A DNA stretch of 64,000 nucleotides from Octopus sinensis (lineage: Eukaryota), in the NCBI RefSeq assembly GCF_006345805.1, contig NC_043009.1:44392001-44456000 (forward strand), written 5' to 3'. A program made the position numbers and the translations under genes. How positions within the stretch are numbered: the stretch's first letter is position 1; the number at the start of each line of letters is the position of its first letter. Under the pieces are notes generated by a model. The model saw only the letters and a list, made by a program, of their open reading frames with translations, searched no databases and was not told where the DNA came from. This document shows positions 11,846 to 24,669 of this stretch, in pieces.

Positions 11846-11970
11846 TAGAATATATATATATATATGTTGATGGAGTTTGGTCAAGAAATTTGCTTTGGAA
11901 ATATGTGGTTTTGGGTTCATTCCCACTAGGTGGCACTATTGGCTGGTTCTAGAATGGTCACACACTAACT

Positions 11971-12278
11971 CAATGGTTTTCAACGGGGGTTTCTATATTA
12001 GATTTTGGGGGATTCACGCTATGAAAATAGTAAATTAGGGATCCACAGTAGTATTTTAAGGATCCACATAAAATTTTGATTGAGAAAAATGCATTGCAAG
12101 AAACATTTCTTTCTCTAGCATTTTACATAGTTCAACATCTACGTATTAATAACAAGATAAGAATTTTGAAAGAAGTATCTATAAAACTAGTTTCTAAATA
12201 CCAAACAGCTATGAAGGTCCGCCAGAATAAAATAGTAATCAAAGGGGTCTAAAGATAAAAAATGGTTGTGAACCCCTG
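11971..12278. mobile_element. hAT-type MITE
   Basis: Ends caatggttttcaac ... gttgtgaacccctg resemble CAGTGGTTCTCAAC hAT TIRs; TSD not preserved. Confidence 0.6.
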
Positions 12279-12282
12279 CTTT

Positions 12283-12651
12283 AGATATATGTATTGGTAT
12301 ATATTGCAAGAAACAGCTAAGAATTATCTATAAAACTAATTTTTAGCCCTTTTGTTACTGTATTTATTTTGAGATGTTCTGTGTTTCTTTCAATTACGTT
12401 AAATATAACAAATAACTTAGTAAAATAACTTAGTTATCATTAAGCTAGTGTAAGGAACATAAATTGTGACTAAGGTTTGGTGGAAGATTTTAATTCAAAA
12501 TTTATGAAAACAAGACACTTGTACTCAAAGCAAGAGCCGGTTTCAGCCGGGTTGGTAATGAAAGGGTTAAACATCAAACGGTTATCGGGGTCCACTAGAA
12601 TAAAATAGTAATCAAAGGGGTCCTTAGATAAAAAAATGATTGAGATCCACT
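12283..12651. mobile_element. Second partial copy of the same hAT MITE with a nested piggyBac-type MITE (12343-12570)
   Basis: tta(g)cccttttgttac...ggtaatgaaagggttaa insert splits a sequence collinear with 12170-12278; right end gattgagatccactg. Confidence 0.65.
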
Positions 12652-13334
12652 GCACTAACCAATGCCTTGTGAAATACATCCAGCCATAGAAACCTTGGTA
12701 AAACAAACGCTTGAGCTCAGTATAGCCTATTGGCTATTCAGATACTGTCAAAGTGTTCAGTCTATGCTGGAATGGAATTCAGATGGATAATGATAATGAT
12801 GCAGTTGATGCTATAAAAAGTATGTAGTGTGTATGTGCATGCATATGTGTGTGTGTGTATATATATATATACATACATGTAGTGTGACATCATCATCATT
12901 ATTTAGCATTTAGCATAAGTTGAACAGGTTTATCAGAATCTGTGCTCCAATGCCTGCTTTGGCATGGTCTCTACAGCTTGATGCTTTTCCGAACTGCACA
13001 CATAGATTAATATCAGGCTTCTGACCTGTAGAATCCCTGTGGAATTTCCCAGTGTGCTAATGTCTTAAGACAGCACTGTCCACCACATGCAATCATTGCG
13101 TGTGTGTATGTGTGAGTATATATAAATGACAGGCTTCAATAAAGTCTCCCTCTAGCAAACACACTTACAAGACTTTGATTTACCAGGGGCTACAGTAGAA
13201 ACACTTAAAGTTAATGTACAGTGGAATTGAACCTCATACCATGTGGTTGCAAAGCAAACCTTTTAACCATACAACCATGCCTGTACCAATGAAAGAGAGA
13301 GGGAGTGCTTGTGTGTATGTGTGTGCATATATAT

Positions 13335-13635
13335 CATCATCGTTTAGCATCCGCTTTCCATGCTAGCATGGGTCGGACGGTTCAACTGGGGTCTGGGAAG
13401 CCAGAAGGCTGCACCCAGGCCAGTCTGATCTGGCAATGTTTCTACGGCTGGATGCCCTTCCTAATGCCAACCATTACGTGAGTGTAGTGGGTGCTTTTTA
13501 CGTGCCACCAGCACAGGTGCCAGACGAGGCTGGCAATGGCCACGATTGGATGGTGCTTTTTGCATGCCACCGGCACGAGGCCAGTCGGAGCAGCGCTGGC
13601 AACGGCCACGTTCGGATGGTTCTTTTACGTACCAC
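13335..13635 (-). mobile_element. Meta-type SINE with RTE tail
   Basis: catcatcatcgtttagcatccgctttccatgctagcatgg...ctacggctggatgcccttcctaatgccaacc. Confidence 0.85.
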
Positions 13636-14619
13636 CGATACACACACACATATATATATATATATGCACACACACACTAACAACATTCAGTGACACCTAT
13701 GAGCAAAATGTAAATTTTATAACTTCGAAGCCTATTATATCACCTGATGAAGTTTCTTCTGCATTGTGGGGTGCATTTTATTTCATTATATCATTCCCCA
13801 CTCAGTAGAGACCAGTGTAGAAGTTTACTGAAATGATTGTTGTGATAAATAAAGTTTCTAGTACACTCTTGTTTTCCATAAACACCAGTTGCTGACATCA
13901 CCTAACTCTAGACCAATGAAATTTTACCTCTGATCACAACCAAACTTCAGTAAATATAACAAAATGATGCTTTAAGAGAATCAACCTGGGACAGCTAATG
14001 ACCGTTCCCCACGGAGAAGTCAACCAAGCAGAATGACAAACTTGACCACCAGAAAAATAAGACGTCAACAGTACTTTAATGAATCAAAAATCAGATCCAT
14101 TCACTGATAAAAATTATAAATACACTGGATTCCAAAAAAACCCTGTTACAAGCGAAAATCCCTGTAACAAAACTCTTTTTTTTCACTCTCTTCATTTCTC
14201 CCTTGTCTTTCTCCTTCTTAACTCAGTATGACCGAACCTTTGGTGATCCACATTTCTTATCAATCACTTCTAACACTATCAAATTTTGTGCATTTAAACA
14301 AGATGATCCACATTTTTTATATTATTGAATGTTGCGAACATTTAAATTATATTTGATATTATTGAACTTTGTAAACATTGAATCTTTCGCAATTTTAAAT
14401 TTTTACCTTTGATAAACAAAAAATATTGTTGAAACTAGTTTGGCAAGTATGTAAATAAATTTATTAAAAAAAAATTACAAGTTTTTCAAATTCAGGTGCA
14501 TTTTCAACAACAAATTTTTCTCAATTTTTTCTTTCAAGAAGTCCTTTTTCAGGAAAATGAAAAACAGAAATTAACAAGACAGTGGTGTGTTACATCTATA
14601 TTCAAAAGCTAACTATAAA

Positions 14620-14965
14620 TATATATTCTTTTACTTGTTTCAGTCATTTGACTGCAGCCATGCTGGAGCACCACCTTTAAGGATTTTTTTAAGCAAAGAA
14701 ATCAACCCCAGGACTTATTCTTTGTAAGCCTAATATATAATCTTGCATTTTAAAATACCTTGGATCTCTCCGTTTTCAAACTTAATGATGATGATGATGA
14801 TATATACATGATGGGTTTCTTTCAATTTTCATCTACCAAATCCACTCAAGAGTTTGGCCAGCCTGAGGCTATAGTAGAAGACATTTTCCTAAGATACCAC
14901 ACAGTGGGACTGAACCTGGAGCCATGTGGTTGGGAAGCAAGCTTCTTACAACAGACATGGCTGCA
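14620..14965 (-). mobile_element. CORE-type SINE, internally deleted
   Basis: Reverse-strand tail (ttttacttgtttcagtcatttgactgc) and head (gggactgaacc...gggaagcaagcttc). Confidence 0.7.
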
Positions 14966-14982
14966 CCTATACATACATACAA

Positions 14983-15016
<34 letters not shown>

Positions 15017-15419
15017 TTGTACAAATAGAAGATATATAGGTTTGATGACGCAAACGTGAAAATATAACTTAAAACATGGGAGACTTCTTATGTTTTATGG
15101 GATCCAAAGTATGTAGTATGTTCCTCTTGAAGGTACAGGCTTGAGCAAGTGATTAGAAAACTATGCAAGTCTTCTATCTCCATGCCATTAATTTGATGAA
15201 GGGAAAGGTAAAGACCAATACATCTTGTCACCTGTGTTATCACAAGTGCTGCTGTTAGGGCACAAACAGCTAGAACAAACACAGCAAGGCACTTCGTCTG
15301 ATGCTCTCACAATTCTGCTAACCCACTGATATGGATCAGTGCTTTATTTATTGACCCTGACAGAATGAAAAGGAAAGTTGATCTTGACTGGATTCAAACT
15401 CAGTGTCTGGAGAACTGGA

Positions 15420-15660
15420 GCAAATATCTCATCACAAGTGTTGGTGCCACGTAAAAAGCACCTGTACTGGTGCTGTGTAAAAGCATCCAGTACACTCTGT
15501 AAAGTTGTTGGCATTAGGAAGGGTAATTCATCCATAGAAACCATGTCAAAAAAACAGAAAAAGACATGGAGCCTGAACAGCCCTTCAGCTGGTCAGTTTC
15601 TTCTGTCAAAGCATCCAACCCATGCCAGCATGGAAAACAGATGTTAAAGGATGATGATGA
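15420..15660 (+). mobile_element. Meta-type SINE with RTE tail
   Basis: gttggcattaggaagggta...ccaacccatgccagcatggaaaacagatgttaaaggatgatgatg. Confidence 0.8.
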
Positions 15661-15744
15661 AGAATCTATTCACAAAGAAACACATGTGCACGTTCCTCTG
15701 TCAGTTCATTCACACCTCTGTCCCTTCCTCCCTTATATTCTTTT

Positions 15745-16100
15745 ACTTGTTTCGGTCATCTGACTACAGCCATGCTGGAGCACTGCCTTAAAGGATTTCA
15801 GTTGAACAAATTGACCCTAGGACCCTTTTTCAACCCTAGTATTTATGCAATTGGTCTCTTTTGCCAAACTGCTTAGTTACAGGGACATAAATACACCAAC
15901 ACCAGTTGTCAAGCAGTGATGGTGAGACAAACATAGACGCAAAAATTCAAACACACACACATATATGATGGGCTTCTTTTCAGTTTCCATCTACCTAATC
16001 CACTCACAAGGCTTTAGTCAGCCCAAGGCTATAGTAGAAGATACTTGCCCAAGGTGCCATACAGTGGGACTGAACCCAGAACCATATGGTTGGGATACAC
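15745..16100 (-). mobile_element. CORE-type SINE
   Basis: Reverse-complement match along most of the family length. Confidence 0.8.
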
Positions 16101-16178
16101 TCACACACAGACACATACACACAACACACACACAGTGAAGGTGCATTTTGGTAGATGGAAACTAAAAGAAGCTTGTCG

Positions 16179-16210
<32 letters not shown>

Positions 16211-16331
16211 ATGTGTGTATGTATGTATGTATTTATGTGTGTGCGTGTTGTTTGTCCCCCCACCATTGCTTGAAAACTGATGTTGGTGTGTTTACAACCC
16301 GTAAGCTAGTGGTTCGGCAAAAGAGACCAGT

Positions 16332-16850
16332 AGGAGTGGCTGTGTGGTAAGTAGCTTCCTTACGAACCACATGGTTCTGGGTTCAGTCCCACTGCGTGGC
16401 ACCTTGGGCAAGTGTCTTCTACTATAGCCTCGGGCCGACCAAAGCCTTGTGAGTGGATTTGGTAGATGGAAACTGAAAGAAGCCCGTCGTATATATGTAT
16501 ATATGTATGTGTGTGTATATGTTTGTGTGTCTGTGTTTGTCCCCCTAGCATTGCTTGATAACCGATGCTGGTGTGTTTATGTCCCCATCACTTAGCGGTT
16601 CGGCAAAAGAGACCGATAGAATAAGTACTGGGCTTACAAAAGAATAAGTCCCGGGGTCGAGTTGCTCGATTAAAGGTGGTGCTCCAGCATGGCCGCAGTC
16701 AAATGACTGAAACAAGTAAAAGAGAGAGTAAAGAGAAGAATAAGTACTAGGCTTACAAAGAATAAGTCCTTGCGTTGATTTGTTCAACTAAAAGGCAGTG
16801 CTCTTGCATGGCTGCAGTCAAATGACTGAAACAAATAAAACAAATAAAAA
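16332..16850 (+). mobile_element. CORE-type SINE, full length and young, with duplicated 3' tail; partial copy just upstream (16140-16330)
   Basis: aggagtggctgtgtggtaagtagc...gtcaaatgactgaaacaagtaaaagag, then aataagtactaggcttacaaagaataagtcc...gactgaaacaaataaaac repeated. Confidence 0.9.
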
Positions 16851-17968
16851 TATAATGATTACCATTTAAATGGCGGTGCCCCAGCATGGCCACAGCTCAT
16901 AAGCTGAAACTGGAAAAAATCAAAAAAAATCAAAATCAATTTATACCAAATACTTTAGCGTGTTCATAAGTTACATCAAGAAAATGGCCCAGCAGCCTTC
17001 CAGTATAGATCAACATTTTCTTTATTTTCTAAGTTTTCTTACGGTTTGATCCATCCTTACTCCAACTGTTTGTGAAAGAATGTGGCTTAATATTTAGGGT
17101 TGTGTCCTTGAGCAAGACACTTTATTTCACATTGCTTCAGTACATTCAGCTAGCAAAAATGAGTAGCACTTGTATTTCAAAGGGTCAGCCTTGCCACACT
17201 CTATGTCAAACTGAATCTCCATGAGAATTACGTTAAGGGTACGTGTGTCTGTGGAGTGCTCAGCCACTTGCACGTTAACTTAACAACTTCTCATTCATAG
17301 AAGTTCTAAATTTTCAGTTTTTAAAAAAATTTTTATATCTTCTTAGCAAGTCCTAACATTTGGTATATTTTAATATAGATTGTTATTAAGCAGTAATTGT
17401 ATCAGGAGTGGCTATAATGTACTTTGTTAAAGTGTTTCTTTCTCTCTCTCTCGCATATATGTGTGTGTGTGTGTGCGTGCAGCATTTGCATGTCTTATTA
17501 CTATATGTGTGTGTGTGTGTACATATACATATACACTTAGCAACAAGACATGCATACTACACACAAACATATGTAAGCACAGACACATGTATCATCATCA
17601 TCATCATCATCATTGTAGATAGATACATAAATGCATGCAAACATACACACATACATACATACATACATGCATACATGCATACATACATACATACATACAT
17701 AAGCGGTCTCAAAATCAGTGGAACTGTAAAAATATGTAAAACTTACCAAAAGTTTAGTATATTAGCACATGTTTACACATCTAAACATGCAGTTATATGT
17801 ATGAGTACAAGTCAGTAAAACAAAATATTCAGAGCTGCACATGCTAAATAATTGCACATTTACACACATAAATGCACAATGCCTTGTTGGTATTGTTAAA
17901 ATTCCTATGAAAAAGACTTGGATCTATAGGCAAAAAATAAAGAAATAAAATTCAAAAACATACACATA

Positions 17969-18365
17969 TGTGGCTGTGTGGTAAGTAGCTTGCTAACCAA
18001 CCACATGGTTCCGGGTTCAGTCCCACTGCGTGGCATCTTGGGCAAGTGTCTTCTGCTATAGGCCCAGGCCGACCAATGCCTTGTGAGTGGATTTGGTATA
18101 TGGAAACTGAAAGAAGCCTGTCGTATATATGTATATATATATGTATATGTGTGTATATATTTGTGTGTCTGTGTTTGTCCCCCTAGCATTGCTTGACAAC
18201 TGATGCTGGTGTGTTTACGTCCCCGTCACTTAGCGGTTCGGCAAAAGAGACCGATAGAATAAGTACTGGGCTTACAAAGAATAAATCCCGGGGTCGATTT
18301 GCTTGACTAAAAGGCAGTGCTCCAGCATGGCCGCAGTCAAATGACTGAAACAAGTAAAAGAGTAA
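17969..18365 (+). mobile_element. CORE-type SINE, full length
   Basis: Nearly identical to the 16332 and 47070 copies. Confidence 0.9.
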
Positions 18366-19249
18366 AGAGTAATATATATATATATATACATAAATATATG
18401 CATGCATGCAGGATTTTACTGTTGTTGGATTCTCTCATTGTTCCAATGAATGCAGGTTCAGCAAGGTGTTCGTGCCTTTATTTTTGCAGAGCAACTTGCA
18501 CAATGATATTATTATAGTAGACATCATTTGTGCAGAGCCAGTCCCATTTTTTTGTCTTTCAAACTTGTATTGGTCTGGTGTAGCAACTGCCACAAGCTCT
18601 GTAGTTATTAGGATTTGTATGGAGTTACCTTCTCTTAGACAAGAGCCCTGGGTCAAATGAAGTATCTGTAAGTGACCGTCTTCTGGAGTTAATTCTGTGA
18701 CATGCTAATTAATCCATAAGCACCCTGAGAGATGCTTCTGTTCCAGGGGGAAAGTGTAGACCTGAGAACAATAGTGACTAAGAAGTAATTTTACACTCCT
18801 CAAAACACTAGCGTTTTAAGTGAAGTAAGAAGCTCACTTGGGAACTGCATAGTGGTGAGTTAAATTTCAGTGGCGACTGCTCATTGATCTCTTCTACTAT
18901 AACCACGAGTTGGCTAATACTGTCCCACTAGCAGATACACTTATAATCATGCATACATACCTCAGCAATATTTGAATTCAGAACATAAAGAGTTGGAAAA
19001 GTGCTGCAAACCACAATGCTGACAATTCTGCCAGCTTGCTGCCTTTGTTTAAAATGTTGGCATGATGGTAGTAATTTTTTTTTATATATATGATTTCAAG
19101 GTTCAACTGATACTTAACTTATTGACCCTGATAGAAGAAAGGTAAAGTTGGCCTCAGTAGAATTTGAATTCAGAATGTAAAGGGCCTGAAGAAATGTCCC
19201 TGAGCATTTTGCCTGATGTGCTAATGATTTCGCTCACCCACAGCCTTAG

Positions 19250-19440
19250 TCCTTAAGCATTTAAACTGGCCATATTCTACCAGTTTTATGTTCAAAATGG
19301 CCAGATCCAGCCTCTTACACTTACACTACGATGTCATTTTAAAAATTGAAATCTTGAAGCTATGAGACAAAGTACGATTAATTCAAAACAACGTGAATAA
19401 AGAAGCATTACATTTGACAGAGTAAAGCTAAAGGGTTAAA
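19250..19440. mobile_element. piggyBac-type MITE (second family); related copies at about 21205-21340 and 45250-45420
   Basis: Ends in ctaaagggttaa (AAAGGG + TTAA); body agcatttaaactggcc...cttgaagctatgaga is shared in reverse with the other two copies. Confidence 0.55.
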
Positions 19441-19530
19441 GACCAACTTTAACATATTATGTGGGTGAGAGAGAGTTGACCGGGAGGTCATGGAGGTCGT
19501 CTAAGTGTACTGATACTGATCTTGATGGTA

Positions 19531-19581
<51 letters not shown>

Positions 19582-20184
19582 ACAACTACTAGTACATTAT
19601 AGGATCATAAGATTCGAAAAAGCAGTGACTAAGATATAAGATTTCAGTTCCTGTTATTGTCATTTCAGAAAAATCTTCCAAAAATTTCCCAGATCCAAAA
19701 GACGAGAGACATACAGCTTTGTAAGTGGGCAACTTAATAGGCATCTAAGTTCAGGATGAAGTTGAGGAAGTGCTTGGTTTGTCACTGATGTTTACAAGGC
19801 CTTGGTCAGAATATGTATGTAATCTGATCAAATCCCTGATGTTAGTTAGCACTCTTGGCATGAATTTACAATCTGAGTTCAGGAAGCTCACTTTGGAACC
19901 ACATGGTGAGGAGTTCAATCTCAATGTAGAGACTGCTCGTTCATTTCTTCTACTATAACCATGGGTTGGCTAATACTATATATACTATATACTACATACA
20001 TAGGTGTATATGTATATATATATATATATCAATAATAAAGGGTGAAACTAATTAATTTAGAAATAATTATTAATTTCACCAAGTAGAGTTCGGCATGTAA
20101 AAGACCCATTCAAGGAAGGTTTAAGTAATACTAAGTAATCGTTGCTGAACCCTTAATTACTTACTATATATATATATATGTGTG

Positions 20185-20449
20185 TGTGTGTAGTGGCTAA
20201 CGATCTATCATGGCGTCTGACTCGGACAGATATATATGTATATATATATCTGTCCGAGTCAGACGCCATGATAGATCATTAGCCACTACACACATTTTTT
20301 TTCTCTCCTTATTTTCTGTGTCCCTTTCTGTAGAAGAGCGTAGGCTCAAAATGTAAAAGACTTTTTCTATTCCTGAGTGTTATACTAATACAGCTGTTAG
20401 TTTTGTACACCACCTGTCTTCGTCTTTTGTTGATTTTTTCGTAAACTCT

Positions 20450-20455
<6 letters not shown>
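20185..20455 (+). mobile_element. Penelope-like pseudo-LTR with a 110-nt terminal palindrome (20185-20294) and hammerhead-like motif (20324-20359)
   Basis: About 53-bp inverted arms with one mismatch; CTTT-CTGTAGA-A-GAGC-GTAG-GCTC-AAA-ATGT-A-AAAG; same family as 52040-52245. Confidence 0.7.
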
Positions 20456-20506
<51 letters not shown>

Positions 20507-21029
20507 TACATACCAGTTACAGGCAACCATTTGTACAAAATCATCTGACTTATCACCTTACTTTGTCAATTAAGCATGGGGTAATCTTTCTCTACCTAGT
20601 TGTTATGGCAATAGAAGTTACGCAAGGTTTGAGAAAATAACTTTTCCTCTCAAACCAAACACTCAGCAACTGCTGACCCTAACTGATACCCTGACTGTTG
20701 CAATGACAACTACACTCAACTCCAAGATCCTTGATCCACAATGCAGAAGGTAGCTACATAATAATGCTTTATTGTGAGATTAGGGTATGTGCATTATCCA
20801 GTATTACTGTAGATTAGGGGATATGCATTACCCAGTATTACTGTCTTTACTGTGAAGGAGATAAATCCAATGGCAAGGGTAACATAAAATGACTGGTACT
20901 TCCTTTTGGCTGCAGGAAGCTACTAGAAATCCAGGCCATCACAAACTGCATTAAGATTACTCTCAAATGCATCACCACCACCACCACCACCATCACCATC
21001 ATCATTATCATCATCACCATCATCGTCAT

Positions 21030-21190
21030 CATCATCATCATCATTTAATATCTGTTTTCTATGCTGGCAAGGGCTGGATGGTTTGATCAGAGCTGGTAAG
21101 GCCACTGGCCATACCAGGCTCCATTGTCTGTTCTTGCATGGTTTCTATGGCTGGATGCTCTTCTTAACCCCAACCACTCCACAGGATGTA
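21030..21190 (-). mobile_element. Meta-type SINE fragment
   Basis: (cat)n tail then ...tttctatggctggatgctcttcttaaccccaacc. Confidence 0.7.
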
Positions 21191-21654
21191 CTGACATGTA
21201 ACGCATGTTTTGAATTAAACATGCATTATCTTGTGGCTTCAAGATTTTGATGATGTGATTGTTTATCTTTAGAATAACATTGTCAAGTATGATGTGTGAG
21301 AGGCTAGATCTGACCATTCAGTTTAAACACTGAAGGGTTAAAGCAGACCTCCTTGTTTTTCTCTCAGGTTATACTTCTAAGCTTTTCTTTTCCCGGATTC
21401 ATACCCATAAGGCAACAGGACAGGGGTTGATAAGTGTTAGGGTATATCCACCAGAGCAGGTTAGCCTGTCTACTGGGTCTCTGGAGCTCAATGCTGTTTC
21501 TGAGATTTGCCAAGTTGGTCTTAGGCCTGTAAAGCACCTGGTTATCATTATTGGCCATGGAAAGGTAGGATAAGAGTCTTTGTGAGAGAGGGGCTGTATA
21601 CTAGAAGGGAAGATTCACACACACACACACACACACATACACACAAGAACACTT

Positions 21655-22370
21655 CTTATTTCTTTATTGCCTACTAGGGGCTAAACATAGAGGAGACAAA
21701 CAAGGACAGACAAACGGAGTAAGTCTATTATATCGACCCCAGTGTGTAACTGGTACTTAATTTATCGACCCCAAAAGGATGAAAGGCAAAGTTGACTTCG
21801 CAGAATTTGAACTCAGAACATAATGGCAGACAAAATACCTATTTCTTTATTGCCTACTAGGGGCTAAACATAGAGGAGACAAACAAGGACAGACAAACGG
21901 AGTAAGTCTATTATATCGACCCCAGTGTGTAACTGGTACTTAATTTATCGACCCCAAAAGGATGAAAGGCAAAGTTGACTTCGGCAGAATTTGAACTCAG
22001 AACATAATGGCAGACAAAATACCTATTTCTTTATTGCTTACTAGGGGCTAAACATAGAGGGGACAAACAAGGACAGACAAAAGGAGTAAGTCGATTATAT
22101 CGACCCCAGTGTGTAACTGGTACTTAATTTATTGACCCCAAAAGGATGAAAGGCAAAGTTGATTTCGGCGGAATTTGAACTCAGAACATAATGGCAGACA
22201 AACTACCTATTTATTTACTACCCACAAGGGGCTAAACACAGAGAGAACAAACAAAGACAGACAAATGGATTAAGTCGATTATATCGACCCCAGTGCGTAA
22301 CTGGTACTTATTTAATCAACCCCGAAAAGATGAAAGGCAAAGTCGACCTCGGCAGAATTTGAACTCAACG
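21655..22370 (-). repeat. Head-to-tail tetramer of 5'-truncated Deu/Nin-type SINE (about 183-bp unit)
   Basis: Unit starts cctatttctttattgcctactaggggctaaac at about 21655, 21838, 22021 and 22205; each carries atcgacccc..aaaggatgaaaggcaaagt. Confidence 0.9.
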
Positions 22371-22404
22371 TAACATTAAATGATGGTGATGATGATGATG
22401 ATGA

Positions 22405-22700
22405 ACATCATCATCATCAACATTTAATGTCTGTTTTACATGCTGGCATGGGTTACATGGTTTGATAGGAGCTGGCTAGGCAGAAGACTTGTCTGTTTAG
22501 GCATGGTTTTTATGGCTGGATGCCCTTCCTAATACCAACCACCTTACATCTTACAGAGTTGACTAAGTGCCCTTCACATGGCACCAACACTGGTGCGGTC
22601 TGTTTTGACATGGTTTTTACGGTCGGATGCCCTTCTTAATGCCATCCACTTTGCAGACTGGCCTGGGTGCTTTTTACGTGGCACCAGTACCGGCAAGATC
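22405..22700 (-). mobile_element. Meta-type SINE
   Basis: RTE-like tail and two copies of the ggatgcccttc.taat.cca core. Confidence 0.75.
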
Positions 22701-23275
22701 ATACATACATAACAGGCACACACACAAACTTCAGTTCAATAATGAATTTATCTCCGTTATTCGACCCAATACGTTTTACCAGTGTCTGTTTTAGTTTCGT
22801 ATTGATACGAATATAAATTACACTTTCGCTGATTTTGCTTCTCATAGAAATTAGAATAATTATACGGTTCATTGAACTGGTCATATTTACCCTCAGAAAT
22901 GACCCTTGTGTGTAGTTTAAAGAGATCAATAATATACTAGATCAATAAAAAATCACTTTATGAGCCCTTCCCATAAAAATATGACTAAGAATGGTGTGAA
23001 TATTTGTCAGATGCAGTACACATACACATGTATTTGTGTAGGTAAATGTGCGTGAATACGCGCGCACACATGTATGTATGTATAATTGTATAAATACGTG
23101 TGTATATTTTGTAAATTTGTATACACAAGAGTTACTCATGCATGTTTTTTTTATATAAACACACACATGGTTTGTTTTAATGTATAGTTATATAGTTATG
23201 TATAAAATCAAGCATGTATTGAAAGATCAATGAACACATTTAATTAGTATATCACATTTATTATGTTTACAAGGT

Positions 23276-23379
23276 AAAAGTTGATAGTGACATCGAAGTT
23301 TCGGTTCCGGTGCCTTCCTTGTTTTGACAATTTCACGAAAGCGATAGAACCAAAACTTCGAAATCACTATCAATCTTTT
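23276..23379. repeat. Imperfect inverted repeat (about 32-bp arms, 39-nt loop), related to 28531-28614
   Basis: aaaagttgatagtgacatcgaagtttcggttc ... gaaccaaaacttcgaaatcactatcaatctttt. Confidence 0.8.
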
Positions 23380-23395
23380 GTAAGCATACAGTAAT

Positions 23396-23430
<35 letters not shown>

Positions 23431-23614
23431 TGCGCGTGTGTGTTTGCATATCGAGTGGTGAGCAAGATCGAGAAATTTATTTTTACTAATTAGAAACTTA
23501 GTCAAATTTTGCCCTTCTTTTTCTTTTTTCTTCTTAGTACGGGAGAAGAAAACAACGCACACAAAGATATAAGAAACACCAAAAACTACAAAAGAAAAAC
23601 CGTAAAAAAAGGAA

Positions 23615-23695
23615 AGGAAGGCCATTTTGAAGATTATGAAACTTCCAACCAATCAGGTTCGCAACCACTGAAGGAAGTGCTCGGGCCATTTTATT
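23615..23695. promoter_or_regulatory. Possible promoter-like motif cluster (YY1-like x2, CCAAT, ETS-like)
   Basis: GCCATTTT at 23621 and 23685, CCAATC at 23649, GGAAGT at 23673, in apparently unique, CpG-retaining DNA; motif match only. Confidence 0.25.
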
Positions 23696-24669
23696 TACAA
23701 CCACAGTCGTTGTTAAACAGCTAATTTCAACTTTCTGATACACTTTTTTCTCCAATGAACGACGATAAAAACTTGCCAAAAAGTTGAATTCTAATTCTCC
23801 ATAAAGCAAATATATATATATATACCTCACACAATATATATATATATTTTTGGGGCTATGTGTCGGTTGTCTATATCAGTGTGACAAGACTTGTTTGTTA
23901 CCTATTTCGTTGGTAAAATCCCGACCACAATACTTTCGTCAGCTGCTACTGCAATTTGTCAAGTTTCTTCTAACTGTTCAACCTTTCTTTTTCCGTCTAT
24001 TTCCACTCCTTCCTCTTATTGTTCTTTTAACTCCGACCCTTGCTGTCTCCCTCTCTCTCCCTCCATGCATGTGTCATTATTGACGAGGTACCTTCGTCAC
24101 TAATTACATTCACCTCTTCAGACATTCGTACACCCTTCTTATTCTTTTATATTCTTTCTCTCACACACTCACTTTAGTTGCCACTACAGATGGGTTCGAA
24201 CTAATTGAATCCATTCAGTTCACCCTCTTTTAAACACGACTGTTTCCCCACCCCCGCTTCTTATATCTTCCTGTTGGGGGAGAGACAGAGAGACAATATG
24301 ACAAAAGAAAGGGGAGAAAGTAGTCAGTCAATAACAGTTTAAATAATACAATCAGTCACATACTGAACATAAAAACCTAATAATACCCCCACCTCCTCAT
24401 CAAAAAGATAAAAAGAAAAAAAAAATTTTATTAGAATAAATTATTTAGCTAGGTCTATTATCTTTTATTTCTCCTTGATGTACCCCATCCACCCCCCAAA
24501 AATTACTAAGTCCAAAAATTATTAACTCAGTTATTTCATTTCTTTATTTATTGTGGTTTGGGTAACCAGCTGAGGTCATCTATGTCTCAGTTGACCACTT
24601 AATATCCACAGCACTTTGGCCTTGTCTCGCTTCCCGTTTCTTTCTTTACCATATAGCTTCGCTGATATA

